DNA of 64,000 bases from Octopus sinensis (GCF_006345805.1 NC_043021.1:26288001-26352000); one strand, 5' to 3'. Positions 38,774-51,218 are shown, numbered from the stretch's first letter. Made by a program: numbers and translations. Notes: generated by a model not told the origin, from the letters alone.

Positions 38774-40398
38774 CAAACCTGGATACCAAACCATTAATCA
38801 TTAATTAATGAGGTTAACATTTTCATTAACAATTTCACTTTTAAGTTAACTTTGGAAATCATTACCAGACTAATTAACTTCCGTTAATGAGTTGTTATCA
38901 ATAAACCATTAATGTTAATTTTTATTATAGAAAAATAACAAAAAATCAGTTTTTACTCTAAAACCACCTCTAAAAAGTGCCAAAACTATAAAATGAGCCT
39001 TTTTAAAGGCTTTAGAATTCAAAAAACTTTGGGTTTTTTTTTTTCTTTAGAGTTAAAAAAGGCTGATTTTGTAGTTTTAACTTTTAAATGACCTAAAACA
39101 GGCTGATTTCATAGTTTTGGTCCCTTTTTAGGTTTTTAAAGGCTTTTAGAGACAGAAAAGGGTAAAAAGTTTGCAATGTTCAAGAGGTACACATGCTTTC
39201 TGGACCCAGCAAGGTCACAGCACTGTGACAGCAGATAGCATCTATGCTGGGATGGAGAGGAGGCCTGTTCTCCACAGAGTCATGACCCAGTTGAAGGTCA
39301 ACAGCTTCAACGACCAGGATTTCAACTTAATGAAGGAATATGTCAAGGTAAGAAATTAATAATAAAATAATATTATATTATATTAGTACAATATATATGT
39401 ATATATTATATATAATATATTTCAGACTCAAGGACTTGAAGTCCAAAGACCTCGTCTACTGCTACCCCTTGGTCAGCACACTTTTGGCAGGCACTGATAA
39501 AAGATTTAGGACCCTCCTAGAGGATGCAGAATGCCAGCTGGCTGCTGCCTTCCACCCCAGGTTTCGCTTCATCTGGTTTGGATAAGTACAACAGCACCAA
39601 GGTCGCCAATGTGAGGAAAAGCATGGAGGGTAAGGTTGAGGAGGAGGCAGCGAAGAGGAGGAAGCTACATAGCTTCAGTGATGTCACCAAAAGAGAGCAG
39701 CATGAGTCAGAGGTCACTCGAGGACAAGGCCCAGAATTTGGTCAAGACCTGGTTGGAGACCATCTCAAAGGTCTTGCTGACAGATGCTGCCTTCTTGGGT
39801 GAGCAAGTGTTGGTGGACTTTATTCATCAAGTGCAACATAGCCATCCCCTCCAGTGGAGTGTTCCCTTGAGGGCCAAGGGATCATCTCTGTCTGATGAAA
39901 ACTTTGACATGCTAATTTTCATGAAGGGCAACATGCATCTCATGAACAAAATGTAGAACAAGAGGAGGAAAAATCAAATTATGTATATATTGTGTTTTTC
40001 CTCTTTTTAATCTTTATTTTTTTATGGCCACTTTATCAATAAACTTTTTTAGTTTAATACTAATATTATTTCATTTGAGTTTTTCTTTTACCCTTTTCTG
40101 GCTCTAAAAGCCCTTAAAAACCTTTAAAAAGAGGCCAAAACTATGAAATCAGCTTTTTTAGGTCTTTTAAAAGTTAAAGCTATTAAGTTAAAATTTTTTA
40201 AAACTCTAAAGCAAAAAAAAAAAAAAAAAAGTTTTGGGGTTCTAAAAGGCTAATTTTATAGTTTCAAAGGGGTTTTTTGGTGGTTTTAGAGCAAAAACTG
40301 ATATTTTTTTTTTCTATAATAAAAATTAATGTTAACGGTTTATCAATAACTTCCATTACGTTTTCAAAGAATTAACTAATTAACGGTGCCCACCTTTG
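38774..40398 (+). mobile_element. Internally deleted hAT DNA transposon
   Basis: ~300-bp subterminal inverted repeats (~38870-39170 vs ~40085-40385); ends CAAACCTGG / CCCACCTTTG in TA-rich flanks; transposase remnants LAAAFHPRFR and SSLSDENFDMLIFMKGN. Confidence 0.8.
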
Positions 40399-40540
40399 TA
40401 TATATTATTTGTATACATATCGACTTCAAAGCTCCACGCTGGGAAATGGTATGATTTTAATATATTGAGCTTCTGGCCTCTTCTCGGGGCCCTGTTCTTT
40501 CCTCTTCCCTTCATTTAATTTATTTTACACATTTGTATTC

Positions 40541-40655
40541 ACTCTGATGAAGCTCCATGTACTGGATCAAATGTCCTATGAAGATGATGAATATTATTTT
40601 CGAAATTCTTTTGTAAGCATTGACTGACATTGGAAGTGGAAACGGCTGCAAGAAA
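40541..40655 (+). ncRNA. Degenerate hammerhead motif in a Penelope-like tail
   Basis: CUGAUGA 40544-40550; CUCCAUGU...ACAUUGGA long stem II; GAAAC-GGCU-GCA, so the cleavage triplet is GCA rather than GUH. Confidence 0.4.
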
Positions 40656-40831
40656 TCTTATGTCCTGCTTTAAAGAATATTCTACAGATGGGGTCCAAAT
40701 GGTTCGTTTGTTCATCAAAAGTTTTTTCTATTTTCTGATTATTTAATATATATATATATACTGGAGTAAACACATAAATGTGAAACAAGGTGGAAAAAAG
40801 AGTACTCAAATACCAGAGGTAGAGTATTATG

Positions 40832-40951
40832 CTTTATTTAAAAGCAGCAGAAATTTAACAAAAGCTGTTACTCGGAGTTTCACGTTCCTGTTCGTCAGAC
40901 AGTTTTGAACTGTAACAGCTTTTGTTAAATTTCTGCTGCTTTTAAATAAAG
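40832..40951. repeat. Perfect 40-bp inverted repeat with a 40-bp spacer
   Basis: 40832-40871 is the reverse complement of 40912-40951. Confidence 0.95.
40865..40902 (-). ncRNA. Minimal type I hammerhead ribozyme motif
   Basis: CUGU-CUGACGA-ACAGGAACGU-GAAA-CUCCGAG-UA-ACAG; stem I CUGU/ACAG; complete core; AATAAA downstream. Confidence 0.8.
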
Positions 40952-40970
40952 TATATATATATATATATAT

Positions 40971-41093
40971 ATATGCATACAGGATGTCACCAACTGTGTA
41001 AACAACATGAAATACATATACAAACACGTTAAATGTATGTATCTCATGTTATTTACAGTTGGTGACGTCCTGTATCCATATATGCACACACAC
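40971..41093. repeat. Imperfect fold-back hairpin in TA-rich context
   Basis: ATACAGGATGTCACCAACTGT...AACATGAAATACATA versus TATGTATCTCATGTT...ACAGTTGGTGACGTCCTGTAT. Confidence 0.85.
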
Positions 41094-41228
41094 AAGTATA
41101 TATTATTTAATTGAATGCCACGCATCCATGTAATTTCATATATAGATATACACTAGCAGAATTGCCCGGCGTTGCTCGGGGCTGAATTGCTTGAAAGTAC
41201 TGTTAATGATTGCACTGAATTATGATGA

Positions 41229-41770
41229 TTATTCAGGCAAACATTGATATAAGTTTACAGTGGGAGATAAGGACTTAACGATCAAACGTGTGCCATTGCA
41301 TTGTTTTGGGGGAACCAAATTTCTGATGAGCATTATAGGGGCACCAACTTTAAGTTTGAGAAAGTGTGGTGGTAGTCCGGGGTGCTCAAAGGAATTGAGT
41401 ACCTCTATTGGATAGTTGATGACGTCCTCTGGGTCAGGAGTTGTATCGATAGACTGATATACATAGACTTCCCCAGGAATGAGTTTTAGCATTTCATCAT
41501 TAATATGGTGAACAGTTTTATTCCTCGGGGCCAGTATAGCCTTTTTGCCAATCCAATCCATATTCTGATAATTAGCTTGTAGATCTGGGAACACTGCATC
41601 TCTGAGATCAGAAGGCGTCTTAACAATGGTACAAATGGAATCGATGGCAATATTACCATTTTCATCCCCTGGTATTTTGCCTTCGCCAAGTGCAAGGAGG
41701 GTGTGAGGAAATGCTGCTGATGTGATATTACGTCGCATATGAGCACGCATATTGGTGTGAAGTTTGAGAG
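41229..41770 (-). pseudogene. Helitron RepHel PIF1-family helicase fragment
   Basis: LHTNMRAH, AILAPRNKTVHHIN, YQSIDT, YPIEVLNS...GLPPHFLKLKVGAPIMLIRNL...CNGTRLIV are PIF1/Helitron helicase motifs. Confidence 0.92.
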
Positions 41771-41997
41771 TTACTTCCGTTTATTTAAAAAATATGCATT
41801 AAAATGGAAAAAAATGATGGTAAATTATTTGTAAAATCATAGACTCATCGTAGACGCGCGCTAATACACAGAAGGACTCGATATGAATCACGACTATAAG
41901 ATACCCGGTTTTGGTTAAACTGCATCGCAAAAGTGGGAGTAGTTAGGAATCTAAATCGGAGTAGACAGACACACAACCTTTCTTTTATATATAAATA

Positions 41998-42479
41998 TTT
42001 TCGTCCTAAAAAACTTAGTATGGATTGAATGGTTACCTCTATGGAAATATATACACGCACATTATACATACATGTGTGTATAGATGAATATATAAATACA
42101 TTTAAATATCTATATACACTTTTGGGCGATCTTTCTGTTTCTTAGAGATAACTTTAGATCTTATTTTCGTCCTAAAAAACTTTGTATGGAGTGAATGGTT
42201 ACCTCTATGGAAATATATACACACACGTTATACATACATGTGTGCATAGATGAATATATAAATACATTTATATATCTATATACACTTTTGGGCGATCTCT
42301 GTGCTACTTAGAGATAACTTTAGATCTTATTTTCGTCCTAAAAAACTTTGTGCGGAGTGAATGGTTACGTGTATGGAAATATATACACACACATTATACA
42401 TACATCTGTGTATAGATGATATATAAATACATTTAAATATCTATATACACTTTTGGGCGATCTTTCTGCTACTTGGATA
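41998..42479. repeat. 166-bp minisatellite (~3 copies) inside the Helitron
   Basis: TCGTCCTAAAAAAC at 42001, 42167 and 42333; the unit resumes near 42927-42955. Confidence 0.9.
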
Positions 42480-42927
42480 TAGGGGCGATGTTTCGCTTGT
42501 TGTAGCACACGTTTCCGTCGATTTCCGTAAAAAATGTAAACACTGAATCGGCCATACATACATACATACATACATACACACACACATACACACACACACA
42601 CACACACACATACATGCATACATACATATACACATAAACCGAGTAAAAAATTTCAGTTATCTCTCTTTCACACATTACTCTCTCTGTCTCTTCACACATA
42701 CTAACAGAAGCACTTCACTTACACAACATACTGTCTGTTTCCCACACTCCATCAAACACACATGTACATCAATGTGTCCCATGCACGGTAACTTCAAAAG
42801 AACTTCCCTCGTCATACAATCGCTTTCTCTTAGTCTCTTTCGCTCTCATTACTTATGTAAAGAAATAAAAGTTTTTTACGGAAATCGACGGAAGCCTGTG
42901 CTACGACAAGCGAAACATCGCCGATAT
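42480..42927. mobile_element. TIR element (MITE) nested in the minisatellite
   Basis: ~50-bp inverted repeats GGCGATGTTTCGCTTGT...GATTTCCGTAAAAAA at both ends, with TA flanks. Confidence 0.7.
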
Positions 42928-43387
42928 AGGTCTTATATTCGTCCTAAAATACTTTCCTGTCACACACTCACGCACACGCACGCACACACACACACACGCA
43001 CCCTCACACACACACACTCACACACACGCACGTTAGCTTACAATTTTATTTATATATTTGTGTGTCTATGTGTGTAAAGGGGAAGTGGCAGACTGAAAGA
43101 GTCACTCACTACAAAAGGTGAATTACTTTCATTTTATTCGTTGCACACTGTGTGTGTGCGTGTGGTGTAAACCACATTAAGAAAAGCATTTGACATACAC
43201 ACCAGAATGTGAGTTTTCTGTAAATTTTGCTTAATTGGAGTTTAAATTTTAAAAAGTGGACCTGGCAAAACCCGATGCATTCTACTCTTAAAAATGCTAA
43301 GTAAATTGTAATTGAAGAAATCCTATATTGTAGATTTCTATAACTGACAAAGGGAGGCAGATAAAATCTGCTTTTTATAATAAGAGA

Positions 43388-44565
43388 TTATAAAAGGCAG
43401 ATTTTATCTGCCTCCCTTTGTCAGTTATAGAAATCTACAATATAGGATTTCTTCAATTACAATTTACTTAGCATTTTTAAGAGTAGAATGCATCGGGTTT
43501 TGCCAGGTCCACTTTTTAAAATTTAAACTCCAATTAAGCAAAATTTACAGAAAACTCACATTCTGGTGTGTGTGTCAAATGCTTTTCTTAGTCTGGTTTA
43601 CAGCACACGCAAACGCACACACACAGTGTGCAACGAATAAAGTGAAACTAGATGTAATATTTGTTTCTGTCTATCACGCTGATAGATACATGAGTAAAAT
43701 GTATGGCAAGCTAACAGATAAGAGTGAGTGAAAATGTTCTTGGAAGAGAGTAAATAGCAACAGAGTGATTTGAGGAAGACTAAACTGAAACAGTGTTTAT
43801 GTATGAAACAGTGTTTATGTATAAACAGACGACACTTATATAAACCCTTTCGTTACCAAACCGCCCGAATTTACCTATTCATATTTAAATGAGAATATCA
43901 GAGTAAATCTCTTTAGTACATTCGTGAAAACACGTATTATACTTCGTAAACATTTCAAATACAGTTTTGTACAAAAATCGAAGTGTAATTTTAATTCCGT
44001 GAATTATGGGAGATTTTTTTCCGAAATTTGTTCCTATTGTGTTTTCAAAATTTGTAATTCTGACCAAAAATGGATACGAATTTCATTATATCAAGCAGCG
44101 AGTCAGAATTCGAAGGATTTTCTACTGAAGACCTTCATAAATCTAACTCTATGACTGAAAAAAAAAAGCATCTTTATATAAGAGTGAAGTTGTGTGTCTG
44201 TCTCCTACGATTTAGATTCGTAACTACTCCCACATTTTGCGGTGCAGTTTAACCAAAAGCGGGTATCTTATAGTCGTGATTCATATCGAGCCCTTCTGGG
44301 TATTAGCGCACGTCTACGATGAGTCTACGATTTCAAAAAAATTTACCATCATATTTTTCCATTTTAATGCATTTTTTCGCTTTTATATAAGGGAAGTAAC
44401 TCTCTAAAAATATCTACGATGTGTCAACGATTTAAAAAAAAATTTACCTTAATTTTTTTTCAATTTTTAATGCATTTTTTTGCTATTTTTTTGGCTATAA
44501 CTCTCTAAAAATGCTTATATAGTTATTTCCCTTACAACCCGAGCAACGCCGGGCGATACTGCTAG
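43388..44565 (+). mobile_element. Composite non-autonomous Helitron, head-to-head with the previous one
   Basis: First ~250 bp mirror the neighbouring Helitron's 5' end; internal second 5' end TCTTTATATAAG at ~44171; 3' hairpin plus CTAG|t at 44565. Confidence 0.85.
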
Positions 44566-44979
44566 TAAGAGATACACACACGCATATGTATACGACAGCC
44601 TTCTTTCGGTTTCCGCCTGCCAAAAAGTTTTAGTCAACCCAAGGCTATAGTAGAAGACACTTGCCCAAATTTCCTCACAGTGGGACTGAACCTGGGACTG
44701 CGTGACAGGGAAGCAAACTTCTTACCACACATCCACGCCTGCCCCTACCTCTGTACTCCATCCGTTTTAGATTGCATTCTAAATAAATACAGAAGTTCGT
44801 TCATAAAACCTTTCACTTCAACCTCGGATGGAGGTGTGCAAGTGCACACTTCATGTACAATTGAAAGATTTGTCGATACGTGGTATTTTGTTATACAAAC
44901 ACAATATACCATAAAGTATATTAAATGTTTTAAAAAGTCAATCGTACGTTCTGTTGCGCTAGCAACGCTTTTTCATTAT

Positions 44980-45211
44980 TTTCTACAGACATTCCATTAG
45001 AAATTGTAGCCAGCACTGATTTTGCTGCATCGTTTCGTATCGAGACATCAGATGTAAACAAACAATGAGATAAAAAACAAAGTGAGTAATTTTTATGCAG
45101 TTTTGTCATCGATATCTCATTGTTTGTTTCTATCTGACGTCTCGATACGAAACGTTGCAGCAAAAATCAGTGCTGGCTTCAATGATTTCCATAGAATAAT
45201 ATCTGTGGAAA
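44980..45211. mobile_element. Fold-back element / MITE core
   Basis: AGCCAGCACTGATTTTGCTGCA...AAACAATGAGATA is mirrored by TATCTCATTGTTT...TGCAGCAAAAATCAGTGCTGGCT; spacer ~40 bp. Confidence 0.75.
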
Positions 45212-45301
45212 TTAACCTGAACGAAAATATTAAACGTACAAACGAATCGACTCTTGCCACCAGCACCACCGTTCATGGGTGGGTTCTTGTTGCATTCAAG
45301 A

Positions 45302-45688
45302 CTAGCAGTATCGCCCGGCGTTGCTCAGGTTTGTAAGGGAAATAACTATAAAGCATTTTTAGAGAGTTATAGCCAAAAAATAGCCAAAAAATGGAAAAAA
45401 AATGATGGTAAATTTTTTTTTTGAGAGTAATAAAAGTTGAGTTGCGTCCCCTAGACAGTCTGTGGTTTGTTTTTTTATATTCTCGACCCCATGTCGAATT
45501 TATCGATTTTTTTCAGAACTGGGGGAACTTTTCAAAATTTTCGCTGCGTTAGTTTTGAATTATGACATTGGGCTATGTGTGTGTCAAGTTTCATCAGAAT
45601 CGGTTGAAAGCCGTGGTCAGGGTGAGGGTACGAGAAAACAGACACACAGAAACACGCACAGACAAACTGCCGTTTATATAGAGAGAGA
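45302..45688 (-). mobile_element. Non-autonomous Helitron
   Basis: 5' end a|TCTCTCTCTATATAAACGG; 3' end hairpin plus CTAG|t. Confidence 0.85.
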
Positions 45689-46314
45689 TAACACAAACCC
45701 CGACAGCCTCCCCACCACCACCACCACCAACTATTTTATCTCATTTAACTAAGAGGTCATCCAGTCGATCCTCCTCTTCGCCACAACGCGCGGCAACACT
45801 CATTTTCCTCTCTTGATTATTGTACCGCCACCACCACCACTACTACTACGACTACTACTGCTGCTGCTGCTGCTACTGCTACTACTACTACTACTACTAC
45901 TACAGCTGTTGCTGTTTTCTCTGTCACCACTACTGCTCTGTCTGTGCGTGTGTGTGTAAACTTGGCTATGAGCTGGAAGTCTAGCAGTGTGGTTGATAAG
46001 TTTGTTTCCGACCAACACGGCTTCAAGTTCAGTCCTGTTGCATGGCACCTTAAGCATGGGTCTTCTACTGTGACCCCCAGGTTGGCCAAAGTCCTGTGAG
46101 TGAATTTGGTGGGTGGAAACTGAAAGAAGCCCATTATTCATACACACACAAACACACACATATATATATATATATATATACACATATCCATATACATATA
46201 CATATATATATATGCATATGCATATATATATATATATATATATATTTATGTAGGTCCCGGGTTGAGTCGGGGTTAACCACAGTAAATAAGGTACTCAATA
46301 CATAGAGTGAATTA

Positions 46315-46446
46315 ATTTATTTTATAGAAGGAGCTTCTACAGGACTAGAACTGTTTCATTTAAAAGAAATCATCAGGAAGCTTCCTGATGATTTCTTTTG
46401 AATGAAACAGTTCTAGTCCTGTAGAAGCTCCTTCTATAAAATAAAT
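46315..46446. repeat. 132-bp near-perfect spacerless palindrome
   Basis: Centre AAG|CTT at 46380/46381; a single mismatch (46361/46400). Confidence 0.95.
46379..46429 (+). ncRNA. Type I hammerhead ribozyme motif (mirror copy on - strand, 46332-46382)
   Basis: AGCUUC-CUGAUGA-UUUCUUUUGAAU-GAAA-CAG(UUCUAGUC)CUG-UA-GAAGCU; 6-bp stem I, 3-bp stem III. Confidence 0.8.
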
Positions 46447-49400
46447 ATATATATTATATATATATATATATATATATTCTTGACTGCAGCTCGTATCTGA
46501 TCATTGGGTTTGTCAGTCTTCTTCTCAACTGATTCTTGTGACTGAATGTGACTTTAGAATCTAAGTCGGTGGTAAAAGAGTCGTGGGCAGAATTCACACA
46601 AGATGGTTGGTGAGGGTCGTGGATGTTTGGATGTTAAGACGCTCCTTTCTTCTTCTGTGTTTTACCTCCTCATTCTGTTGTCTGTTCTGCTTGAAGGAGA
46701 GCTGGCTCCATTGTGGACAGCAGTGCTCCAGGCTCTCTTATCCAACTTGTCCCCATGAGAATGGCTGCATGCTAGTTGGAGCCAGGGTCCATATGTATGG
46801 TGGGCTTCTTTCAGTTTATGTCACAAAGCTATGGTTCCCCCAGGGTCTACAGTAGAAGACACTCATTTGCCCCAGGTGCCCTGCAGTGGAACTGAACTCC
46901 AAACCATGCGATTTGGAAGCAAACTTCTTAACAACATACTTATCACTGCACATATGTATCTGTGTGAGTCTGTGTGTGTGTGTGTGTGTGTACATATGTG
47001 TGAGTGTGTGTATGTACGTATGTGTGAATGTATGTGTGTTTATGTGTATGTATGTATGAGTGTATGTTTATGTATGTATGTGAGAGTGTATGTATATGTG
47101 TAAGTGTGTATTTATGTATGTATGCGTGTGTATATGAAACACTCTGAAATGTTTGTATTGGAGTTTCCAGTGCAAATGCCAAGCAGTACAGTATGTCGTT
47201 TCCAAACTTCTAGCAGAGTGAATTGTGTCATCATGCTGTTTTTCTCACAGACGGTGCCCAACTGACCCTACAATACTCTGTGGTAGGCAAAATCAAAAAC
47301 AAACAATGCCCATGGGTGAAATTAAAAATATGAAATGGCAACAATTTACCTATTGTGTGAATGTGTATGTATGTGACTGCATGTGTGTATATGTATGTGT
47401 ATATATATGCGAGTGTGTGTATATATATGAGTGTATGCATGTACATAGCTTTTTATTTTTAATCTTTTGACTTGCTTCAGTCATTAGACTGCAACCAAAG
47501 TTTTTCTGTTGAACGAATTGACCCCAGGACTTATTTTGGGGGGGTAAAGCCTTGCACTTATTCTATTGTTCACTTTTTGCCAAACTGCTAAGTTTCAGGG
47601 ATGTAAACACACTAACATTGGTTGTCAAGCAGTGGTGGGGGACAAAGACACACACACACACACGCAGACATGATAGGCTTTCAGTTTCCATCTACCAAAT
47701 CCACTCAAGGCTTTGGTTGGTTTGAGGTTATAATAGAAGAAACTTGCCCAAGGTGCCATGTAGTGGGACTGAACTTGGAACCATGTGGTTGGGAAGCAAA
47801 CTTCTTACCACACAGCCACACTTGTTAACTTCTGGAAAATCTTTTGGTTTTGTTTATTGATCTGTGAATATATTTGAATGATAAGAGGAGGAAATTGTGA
47901 AGTTGTCAAGGTAGGTAGCTGGGTATCTAGGAGACAGAAAGCCATAAAGTAATATCTTAAGACATGTTGTTAGAAGGAAAAAGCTAAAATATTTTCTCTT
48001 CCTGATAAAAGGCTTGACTTGAAATATTGAAGTAGAAAAAGGTGTGTTGCTGTAGTTTGTTCAGGATGTAAAGGAGGGTTTGTTGTAGTGCCATAGCTTT
48101 CTGGGTAGGGTACACTGTGTATATTAAAGACCCTTTCAGTGACAGTGTTTAGGAGTGCTTTGAATATAATATACCTGCCTACTATGACTTGGTATAACAC
48201 CTGAAGTGAATGAAGTTAAGTGTCAGTAATTCTAGGTGTGACACAGTATTCTTCTACACAAGATTCCACCCACCTTTATCCAAATGTTGCATTTTTCGCT
48301 CCCTTCTCTATCAAAAGGCCCTTATGATGGCCACAGCAGTAAAGGCAAATGCAGACACTAAAATGCAACAGTTGTTTGACAGTTTACAACCCAACACAAA
48401 ACCTTAGACAAGCAACACTAATGATGCTGGATCTATTTCCAAGTCAGGTAAATATCTTCCCATGTCTGGACTTGGTGATTATTCTTACGATGACCATTAT
48501 TCTGGTGAAATGGCAGCAGAGTTTACAGTAGATGTTTCAGGTTCATTAAACTTACAGCAGCAGAGTGAGTTGAAGCTTGTTACAGCAATTAAATAAATAT
48601 ACCCTTTAGATGTTAAGGTGGTGTATCAGTGCATTATAGCTGCTCCCTACAGGTGAAGTGTAGCTGGCCCCAACAAAAATAGTTTATTGCATAGGTAGTC
48701 TATAGTCAACCCCTTCAGGCATTGCTAGTTGGCCCCTATACAGTTTTCTTGTCAGTCAGTTGGCAACAGCCACTAAATCTCTTCCAATTTCAATTCCTGT
48801 CAGGTAATATTGACAATAGTGTTGTGATTCCAACCAAATGTGTTTTCGCAAAAATTCCAAGATTGGCAGGTCTCAAAAGAATAATCAATATGGACAAGGT
48901 GACGTTTGAAGGGAGGGGCAGGCAATCCAAGAGGTTGCTAGTGTTGGAAGCATTAACTTAGGATATTGAGCCAGACATTTGGAGCAGGAGACTTGGTCCA
49001 TATCTTGACAACAAAATTATCTCTGTTAAGGTTATCACCACATTTGTATTCACAGTCAAAGATCCCATCCATGTCACTCACCTTTGAAATTATTCATTTT
49101 ACTATAAAATGAAAGAAAAGAATACACCAAATTTTCTTAATGAAACATGCTTTTTTATTGCTGATTGTTTGTTTTAGAATTTTTACATTTTTTACAAATT
49201 TTTTCTTCTTCCATAATTGTTGAATGGGTGAGATGATGTTTCATCAGAGCAATTAGATTTTATGACCAGAGTTATTTTTAAGGAAAACTTGGCCTCCACA
49301 TAAAGGATGACAAAACCGAGACGAAAATGCATGGCATAGCAGACCTGTCCAACCCATGTTAAACTGGAATCATTCAAATGATGATGATGATGATGATAAT

Positions 49401-49569
49401 GATGATGATGGTGGTGGTGGTGGTGAGGAGGAGGAGAAGGAGGAAGAGAACAATGGTGGTAATGATGATGGTGATGATGATGATGATGATGGTAATGAGA
49501 TCCTATCCTACCACTAAATGTTCAATTCAGTTCTTAACTTCACAGCCACTGGACTTTCTAAATCAATAA

Positions 49570-50345
49570 TTCTTTCTAATCTAGGCACGTGGCCAACAAC
49601 TTTTAGGTGCATGGGTGGGTGGTTGATTCAATCCATCTCAGCTCTCAACTGGTTCTTTATTTCATTGGCACCAAAAGGATAAAAGGTAAAGTTGACCTTG
49701 ATGGCATTTGATCTCAGAATACAGAAAGCTAGAAGAAATGCCACTGAACATCTTGTCCAAAGTTCTAACAATTCTGCCAACTCATTAAGAATAACCAAAG
49801 TTAACCAATCCCTTTGACAAGGGAAACACACAACAAAAGCCTTCAAAGGATGATCTCTACATTTGCAAGTGGGCTTTATTTGATAAAATAATAATAATAA
49901 TATCAATAAGGATAATGGTTTCAAATTTTGACTCAAGGCCAGCAGATTAGAGGAACTAACCCCAGTATGCAACTGGTACTTAATTTATTGACCCTGAAAG
50001 GATGAAAGGCAAGGTCAACCTCGGTGGAATTTGAACTCAGAATGTAAAGACAGAAATATTGCTAAGCATTTTGCCCAGCATGCTAACGATTCTTGCCACC
50101 TTGTATAATGATGATAATAATAATAATAATCCTTTCTAATAAGGCAAAAGGCCTGAAATTTGGGGAGAGGGGACTAGTCGATTACAGTGACCCCAGTATT
50201 TGACTGGTACTTAATTTATCAACACCAAAAGGATGGATGAAAGGCAAAGTCAACCTTGGCGGAATTTGAACTCAGAACGTAAAGATGGGTGAAATGCTGC
50301 TGAATGCTGCTTGACGTGCTAACGATTCTGCCAGCTTGCCGCCTT
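49570..50345 (-). mobile_element. Three tandem tRNA-derived SINE copies (family also near 2300, 5540, 15895, 19255, 21395 on +)
   Basis: GGCAGAATCGTTAGC...GAGTTCAAATTCCGCC...GACTTTGCCTTTCATCC...AAGTACCAG, with (ATT)n tails. Confidence 0.8.
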
Positions 50346-50921
50346 TAATGATGACGATGATGATGACGATGATGGTGGTGGTGGTGATGATGATGACAAT
50401 GATAGAAAAATTTAGAAGAATGATTTTTTTTAAAGTTAACTTTTTCACAACCCACAAATAAAAAGAAAAATGGAAAAAAACCCCTAAGATTGGTACTTAC
50501 AGCTGAGTCTTCTATCCCCTTAGACAGGGGACCAGTTTGCTTTGGATAACTTTTGTTCCTAACAGCAATGTGAAGTGAAGTAATGAAGAAAAAAAACCCA
50601 AATGAATTTGAACTCACAACTCACAGGTCCATAAATTCAATGCCTTATTCATTCAACCATGTCATATTTGAAAAAAACCCCACAAAAACAAAGAAACAAA
50701 TGGGTAAAAAATATAAATAAATAAAAACCACATAAATTTTTACCCCCACCACCATTTTCTTCATTGCTCTTAATTTTTTGTTTTTATGAATTTCAGGGTA
50801 AAACAGTAGTTATTCTACAGACAAAACATAACTAAAATATATTTGTAAATAAAATAAAATAAAAATAAAGATGCATAAAGTTGTTAATTTTTTTTTTTTG
50901 GTTTGTTTTGTGTTTTTATTG

Positions 50922-51218
50922 TTAAACTATCATCGTCCTTGTCCGAGGGTGTCTGTGGTATTTTAGAATTTCTTGTTTGTTAATAATTATTTTCGTACTA
51001 AAAAGACACGACAGCAGCCCCATCACACCAGCGGTGAGGATGTAAGAGAGAACGGTGCCCGTTAAATGTACAACGTAACCCATTAATCCAGACAAGATGA
51101 CTTGGGACAAGAAATAAGTGCTGTCCAAGATGGCCATGTCCATAGCAATGCCACGAATTTGATGTGAATGAGAAGGACTGGCATTGCTCGTGGGTCGTTC
51201 GACGTCGAAGAAGAACAC
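50922..51218 (-). CDS. SLC45A3: SLC45 family H+/sugar symporter (SLC45A3/prostein-like), last coding exon
   Basis: T-rich ccag acceptor; RGIAMDMAILDSTYFLSQVILSGLMGYVVHLTGTVLSYILTAGVMGLL resembles SLC45A3 RGICLDLAILDSAFLLSQVAPSLFMGSIVQL; TAA at 50922-50924. Upstream exons not located in the window. Confidence 0.88.
   Translation of the reverse strand: MFFFDVERPTSNASPSHSHQIRGIAMDMAILDSTYFLSQVILSGLMGYVVHLTGTVLSYILTAGVMGLLSCLFSTKIIINKQEILKYHRHPRTRTMIV

Larger units (their letters stand above)
41153..43387 (-). mobile_element. Composite Helitron
   Basis: 5' a|TCTCTTATTATAAAAAG at 43387; 3' CCCGAGCAACGCCGGG hairpin plus CTAG|t at 41153; carries a helicase fragment. Confidence 0.88.
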
